From an uncultured Nitrososphaerota archaeon (GTDB lineage Archaea; Thermoproteota; Nitrososphaeria; Nitrososphaerales; CADDZS01), in contig CAWCYI010000006.1 of the NCBI GenBank assembly GCA_963799845.1, positions 736,001 through 800,000 of the forward strand: DNA of 64,000 nt, read 5' to 3'. This document shows positions 59,742 through 64,000 of this stretch, piece by piece. Each line of letters begins with the position of its first letter. Position 1 is the stretch's first letter. The notes under the pieces are model-generated. The model worked only from the letters and a program-made list of their open reading frames with translations. It was not told the DNA's origin and searched no databases. The position numbers and the translations under genes were made by a program.

Positions 59742-61093
59742 GAGGATTTTACAGCTGCTTCGTAGATCGACAATCCTCTTTGAAGCAGCTCGTCGGGTAT
59801 CACGAGGGGAGCCATGAACCTCAGCACGTTCCCATAATGCCCGCTCGTGTGCATCAAGAGTCCATTTTCGAACATTTGCTTCCTCATATTCACCGCCTTC
59901 TGTTTCGACGGAGACTTGATCCCCTTGTCGCTCACAATCTCGTTTCCGATCATGAATCCAACACCCCGGACATCTCCAACGGTGCTGCTCGAATTCCCAA
60001 TTCTTTCGAATTCGGGCAGTAATTTCTTGCCAGTAGTTTCAACTCGTTCAAGCAGGTTATTCCTCGCGATATAGTCGATGGTCGCAGAGCCTGCGGCGAG
60101 AGCCAGTGGATTTCCGCGGTAAGTACCAAGATGGAAACCCTCTGGGATAGATTCGTCGTACTCGCTTTTGTAGGCGATCAGAGATAGCGGTATTCCCTCG
60201 CCGACCGACTTTGAAATACAAAGGATGTCGGGGGTGGTGCCAGTCACCTCGCAACCCCAGAACTTTCCGGTTCTGCCGAAACCGCACTGAACTTCGTCAG
60301 AGATCAGAGGAATTTGATATCTGTCTGCAATTTCCCGCAGTCCCGGGAGGAAATCCGACGGCGGAACGATATATCCGCCTTCGCCCTGTATGGGCTCGAC
60401 GATGATTCCGGCGGGATCATCGACTCCCGAATATTCGTCTGAAATGACGTGCTCTAAATATCTGAGCACAACCTTACCTTCATCGCCCTTTTTTTCAACG
60501 GGGAATGGAAACCGGTAACTGTATGGATACGGAACGTGAAACACACCAGATCTCATAGTGCCAGAATATTCCACGTAATGCCTGCTCGAAGTTGCTCCGA
60601 CGATTCCCTGGTGAATCCCGTGGTATGAACCGCTGAACGCGATTATTGTCTTCTTTTTGGTCACGTGCTTAGCCAGGCTTATCGCAGCCTCGCATGCGTC
60701 TCCTCCCGTTACGGTGAATAGCACTTTGGCGTGCCCCTTCAACGATCCCGGTAGAATATTGTGAATTTTTTCAAGAAAATTGATCCTCACCTCTGTCGGA
60801 ATCTCCATCGTATGCCAAATTTTTCGCATTTGGTTTTGGACGGCTTCTGAAACGAATGGATTATTGTGTCCGAGATTTAAGACGCAAACCCCACTGAACC
60901 AATCTATGTAGAGGTTACCGTCAACATCTTTTACAGTAGATCCGGTCGCCGAATCGATTGCAAAGGGAAATGCCTTAGGATATACTGTAGCTCGAGTCTC
61001 AAGCAACCTTTGCTTTGCTAGCAATTCTCGCGACTTTGGTCCGGGTGGAGTAACCGTAATTAGCGGGGCTTCTTCATAGCTGACTTTTTGCAA
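59738..61093 (-). CDS. Class III aminotransferase (4-aminobutyrate/diaminobutyrate-like)
   Basis: DVDGN.YID, EPIQGEGG, DEVQCGFGRTG, ISKS, GTYRGN. Confidence 0.92.
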   Translation of the reverse strand: MQKVSYEEAPLITVTPPGPKSRELLAKQRLLETRATVYPKAFPFAIDSATGSTVKDVDGNLYIDWFSGVCVLNLGHNNPFVSEAVQNQMRKIWHTMEIPTEVRINFLEKIHNILPGSLKGHAKVLFTVTGGDACEAAISLAKHVTKKKTIIAFSGSYHGIHQGIVGATSSRHYVEYSGTMRSGVFHVPYPYSYRFPFPVEKKGDEGKVVLRYLEHVISDEYSGVDDPAGIIVEPIQGEGGYIVPPSDFLPGLREIADRYQIPLISDEVQCGFGRTGKFWGCEVTGTTPDILCISKSVGEGIPLSLIAYKSEYDESIPEGFHLGTYRGNPLALAAGSATIDYIARNNLLERVETTGKKLLPEFERIGNSSSTVGDVRGVGFMIGNEIVSDKGIKSPSKQKAVNMRKQMFENGLLMHTSGHYGNVLRFMAPLVIPDELLQRGLSIYEAAVKSS

Positions 61094-61371
61094 GAACTTT
61101 TTCCTCCAATGATTCGTTTGAATAATCTTGAACCATTTAACTTTACAGGCCAGCTAAAAAGTTGGTCCCGGACAACGGCGAGGAAAATTCCGAGCAAATA
61201 TCTGTCCGCTGCTTATAAGCAAAAGAGGCCGCTGGAACCCCAAACTCCGGCAGGTATTGTCGGCTGACGATTCCGTTCAGCTGAGGGCGCGATTTGCAGT
61301 TTTTGTGAAAAGCCTAGATTCGTTATTCCCACACCTTAGATTAGATGAGAGAAAAAGAGAGACTTCAGGAA

Positions 61372-61560
61372 TCACTCTAAAACTATACCCAGAACCATAA
61401 TCAAGAATCCAATAGCGGAAATCGCCAATTCCTGATACAGGCCGAGGCCGACTTTCGTTGCTCCGATGTCGCCTACGATAATAACTACCAGCCCGAGCAG
61501 GAATAACGGATACTTGAAATCGTGTGGAAGAATTCGTTTCCCGTGGTTTTGATGGCTCAT
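61372..61560 (-). CDS. Small two-TM membrane protein
   Basis: Two hydrophobic helices; 12 nt downstream of the Sdh-anchor-like gene. Confidence 0.6.
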   Translation of the reverse strand: MSHQNHGKRILPHDFKYPLFLLGLVVIIVGDIGATKVGLGLYQELAISAIGFLIMVLGIVLE

Positions 61561-61572
61561 TGCAAGCGACGC

Positions 61573-62274
61573 CTAAAACTTGAAGATTGTAAAGTCAATG
61601 TGTAAACCAGCGCTCAAACCCCTGAGATAAAGATCTACAAAAACAATTGTCATAAGACTGATCCAGGCGAGGGCTTCATGGTGAGAATTCCACCAACTCT
61701 GAACCCTCCAAAGAGAATTCCGGGCTGCGCCTCCACGAGTGCAGCTGTAGCAATCAATGTTCCCCCCAATCAGATGACGAAAAGCGTGGCAGGAAAGCGT
61801 CCATCCTGTGAGAGTCAGAGCGTTTGCTAATAGGATGAGGCTGCCAAGCCTGAGTGAATCGGAGAAGACAACGGACTCGTAAAAATCATAATAAAAGAAT
61901 GGCAAGAGCAGGATTCCGGCGTACAGAAAATACCTGTGCAAATTCTCAAACAGAAAGACCGCGTTTTTCTCTCCGGTATACTTTCTCGTCGCCTTGTCAA
62001 GGCGTTCTGGATTGTCGCAGGACAAAGGGTGGTGAAAGATATGCCTGTGATAGTCCTTTCTGTACGCATAGCATGTCAACCGGAATAAGCCGGGAATCGG
62101 GACGATCAGAACCGTAGGACTGTAGAAAGGATCAATATATCCTGTAATCGCGGCAACCGGATAAGTTATCAGGGCATAGCTACCGACAGCCAGAATCAGA
62201 ATAAAGGTCCAAAGCCGCCAGTTTGCTTCGACAAGCTCGTACGGGAAGAAGTATTGACTGGCAGATTTCTCCAA
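61573..62274 (-). CDS. Succinate dehydrogenase membrane anchor-like protein (actinobacterial Sdh1/Rv0249c type)
   Basis: PFYSP, FRLTCYAYRK.Y, YTGE, NLHRYF, LSCH..RHLIGG..DCYSC, N..H...AW. Confidence 0.75.
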   Translation of the reverse strand: MEKSASQYFFPYELVEANWRLWTFILILAVGSYALITYPVAAITGYIDPFYSPTVLIVPIPGLFRLTCYAYRKDYHRHIFHHPLSCDNPERLDKATRKYTGEKNAVFLFENLHRYFLYAGILLLPFFYYDFYESVVFSDSLRLGSLILLANALTLTGWTLSCHAFRHLIGGNIDCYSCTRGGAARNSLWRVQSWWNSHHEALAWISLMTIVFVDLYLRGLSAGLHIDFTIFKF

Positions 62275-62523
62275 TTCCTATCGACGAGTCCGAAAGAAAA
62301 TTTCCGGTATCAATTATTATGCATTGTCCCGAAGGACTTCTGATCTATTTGGCGTCGCAAAGATCAACATTGCTTAAATAGAATTATCCACGACTTGCAA
62401 TTTTATCTTAAGAAAAAAGAATCGTGAGAGGAGTTTGGTTTCAATTTGAGTTGGGGTACACTTGCCGGGGAAAAGAAAGTCGACACCGAGATAGAGGCAC
62501 ATCCGCGACCGCACAGGAGTTGT

Positions 62524-63288
62524 ATGCGTCTTGAAGGTCTCAACGCTCTGGTCACAGGAGCTGGACGTGGATTTGGATCGTTGATTGCAAGAGCTCTAGC
62601 CGAAGAGGGAGCAAACGTAGTGGTCGCATACAATACATCCAAAGAAGGTGCGGAAAATTTGAGCGCCGAGATAGAGAAAATGGGACGCAAGTCAATGACA
62701 GCGAAGGTGGACATTACAAATTGGTCGGAGGTAAAATCGATGACTGATAAGGTTTGGAAAGAGTTCGGACCACTGGATCTCTTGGTGAACAACTCGGGAG
62801 ACGTGTCAAGCAAACAGATGTCCTGGAGGCAGATAACCGAGGAAGCTATTGATCAGACGCTGGCTGTCGATATCAAAGGCACGCTTTTCATGCTGCACGA
62901 AGTAGGTTCGAGGATGCTCGATAGGAAGCAGGGCACGATAGTAAACGTTGCTTCGAACGTGATTGTAACTGGTAGTCCCCGGGCTCCTCAATACGCCGCG
63001 TCTAAGTACGGCGTGATTGGATTGACTAAATCCTACGCGCTAGCCTTTGCACCTTGGGTCCGTGTTAACGCGGCGTGTCCCGGTTACATGGATACTGAAG
63101 CTACAACGAGGCGACCAGACTGGACTCCAGAACGGAGAAAGTACATTGTCGATCACACGGCTTTGAAGAGGATTGGCAAACCAGAGCATATAGTGCCGGT
63201 AGTACTGTTTCTGGCGTCCGATGATTCGATCCATATGACCGGGAACATTGTAATATGTGACGGCGGCTTCTCGATGCCTGGAGCCTGA
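62524..63288 (+). CDS. SDR family oxidoreductase
   Basis: TGAGRGFG, NNSG, YAASK, VRVNA. Confidence 0.92.
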   Translation: MRLEGLNALVTGAGRGFGSLIARALAEEGANVVVAYNTSKEGAENLSAEIEKMGRKSMTAKVDITNWSEVKSMTDKVWKEFGPLDLLVNNSGDVSSKQMSWRQITEEAIDQTLAVDIKGTLFMLHEVGSRMLDRKQGTIVNVASNVIVTGSPRAPQYAASKYGVIGLTKSYALAFAPWVRVNAACPGYMDTEATTRRPDWTPERRKYIVDHTALKRIGKPEHIVPVVLFLASDDSIHMTGNIVICDGGFSMPGA

Positions 63289-63364
63289 TTCAGAAACCAT
63301 CGAAACTTTTTCCGCTGCCATACCAGCAGGTAGATAACCTACTTTTTGCGTCTAGGATGGAACA

Positions 63365-63850
63365 ATGAATATGGTTCAAGAAGAATCTAACTTGCCGCCA
63401 GATGGCAGCGGTGAATCTCACATGGAGATCATTGTCGAGCCCTGGAAGAAGCTCGTCATCCACGAACTGCTTGAATACAAATTTGAAGATCTGGCAAAGC
63501 TGGTAGCAACTCAATCTGTACAGCAGGGCGGGACTGCGATTCCAACCATCAGCTGGGCAGAGGGAGTGGCGTTCTTGATCAGCCCATTTCCGGATGAGAG
63601 CGAAGTTATCATTGAAGAGAAGCTGAAGGGAATCATTCATTATAACACGGTGCTATTCGCGCTAAAGCCCGGTTTCGAAGCGGAGATATTCATGAGAGGA
63701 TCTCAGATCAGGATCAATCTTATTGATGTCGGAACAAACGAGATATTCAAACTTCTCGCTGGAACCCTTAAAGACCACGCGAAAATCCCAGCCGTAGTAG
63801 GTAACGCCGCGTCGAAAGTACCACAATCGATGACGGCCGGTCTGCAGTAG
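63365..63850 (+). CDS. Hypothetical protein
   Basis: 161-aa ORF with globular composition; MEIIVEPWKKLVIHE could be the true start. Confidence 0.65.
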   Translation: MNMVQEESNLPPDGSGESHMEIIVEPWKKLVIHELLEYKFEDLAKLVATQSVQQGGTAIPTISWAEGVAFLISPFPDESEVIIEEKLKGIIHYNTVLFALKPGFEAEIFMRGSQIRINLIDVGTNEIFKLLAGTLKDHAKIPAVVGNAASKVPQSMTAGLQ

Positions 63851-63904
63851 TAAACCTCCAGATTATAAGAAAGGAGAGAAACCACCTCTTTCGGTGGGTC
63901 TCTC

Positions 63905-64000
63905 CTGAAGAATTCTCCCGTAGCTAAGATCCTACTCGAGCTTGCCGACTATACTGAAGTCGAGGACGACCAGCCATACCGTGCAAGAGCTTACAGGCGA
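63905..64000 (+). CDS. polX: DNA polymerase X (PolX/PHP) N-terminus, 3' partial
   Basis: (M)KNSPVAKILLELADYTEVEDDQPYRARAYRR matches the PolX 8-kDa domain N.EIA..L..IAD..E....FR..AYRRA. Confidence 0.75.
   Translation, partial: MKNSPVAKILLELADYTEVEDDQPYRARAYRR

Noticed and set aside
61180-61200. RNase P RNA (GAGGAAAATTCC resembles the P4 5' strand)
   Set aside because: No matching 3' P4 strand or other conserved regions were found, and the space is too short.
1-64000. CRISPR array or cas genes
   Set aside because: No regularly spaced repeat series was seen. The box-spacer pattern at 23.7 and 24.4 kb uses different boxes and occurs only twice.

Overview
This is a 64-kb archaeal chromosomal segment. 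The evidence is a tRNA with a bulge-helix-bulge intron, NitrOD5/DUF3227 and GvpD/KaiC-like proteins, class III signal peptides, and many TTG/GTG starts close to TATA boxes. A heterotrophic non-ammonia-oxidising Nitrososphaerota/TACK lineage is the likely source (inference). All family calls come from motif recognition and recalled sequences, with no database search. 0-15 kb: catabolic cluster with an LsrK-like AI-2 kinase, acetoin-dehydrogenase-type E1a/E1b/E2, SDRs, sugar epimerases and an APC permease. 15-29 kb: accessory region with an SPFH protein, a KaiC/GvpD-like ATPase and three NitrOD5-like paralogs, a TnpB remnant whose terminal hairpin was hit by an IS1182, a DUF3494 ice-binding protein, and a tRNA-Pro(TGG) with a non-canonical intron. 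29-36 kb: housekeeping genes (rnz, pduO, purH, rhodanese), an antiporter preceded by a fluoride riboswitch, and a GcvH-TusA fusion. 36-63 kb: molybdenum-hydroxylase and possible N-heterocycle catabolism genes, an intact IS66 and an orphan Sdh1-type anchor, then the start of polX. About eight single-base frameshifts, many in homopolymers, suggest long-read consensus errors. No CRISPR array or rRNA was seen.
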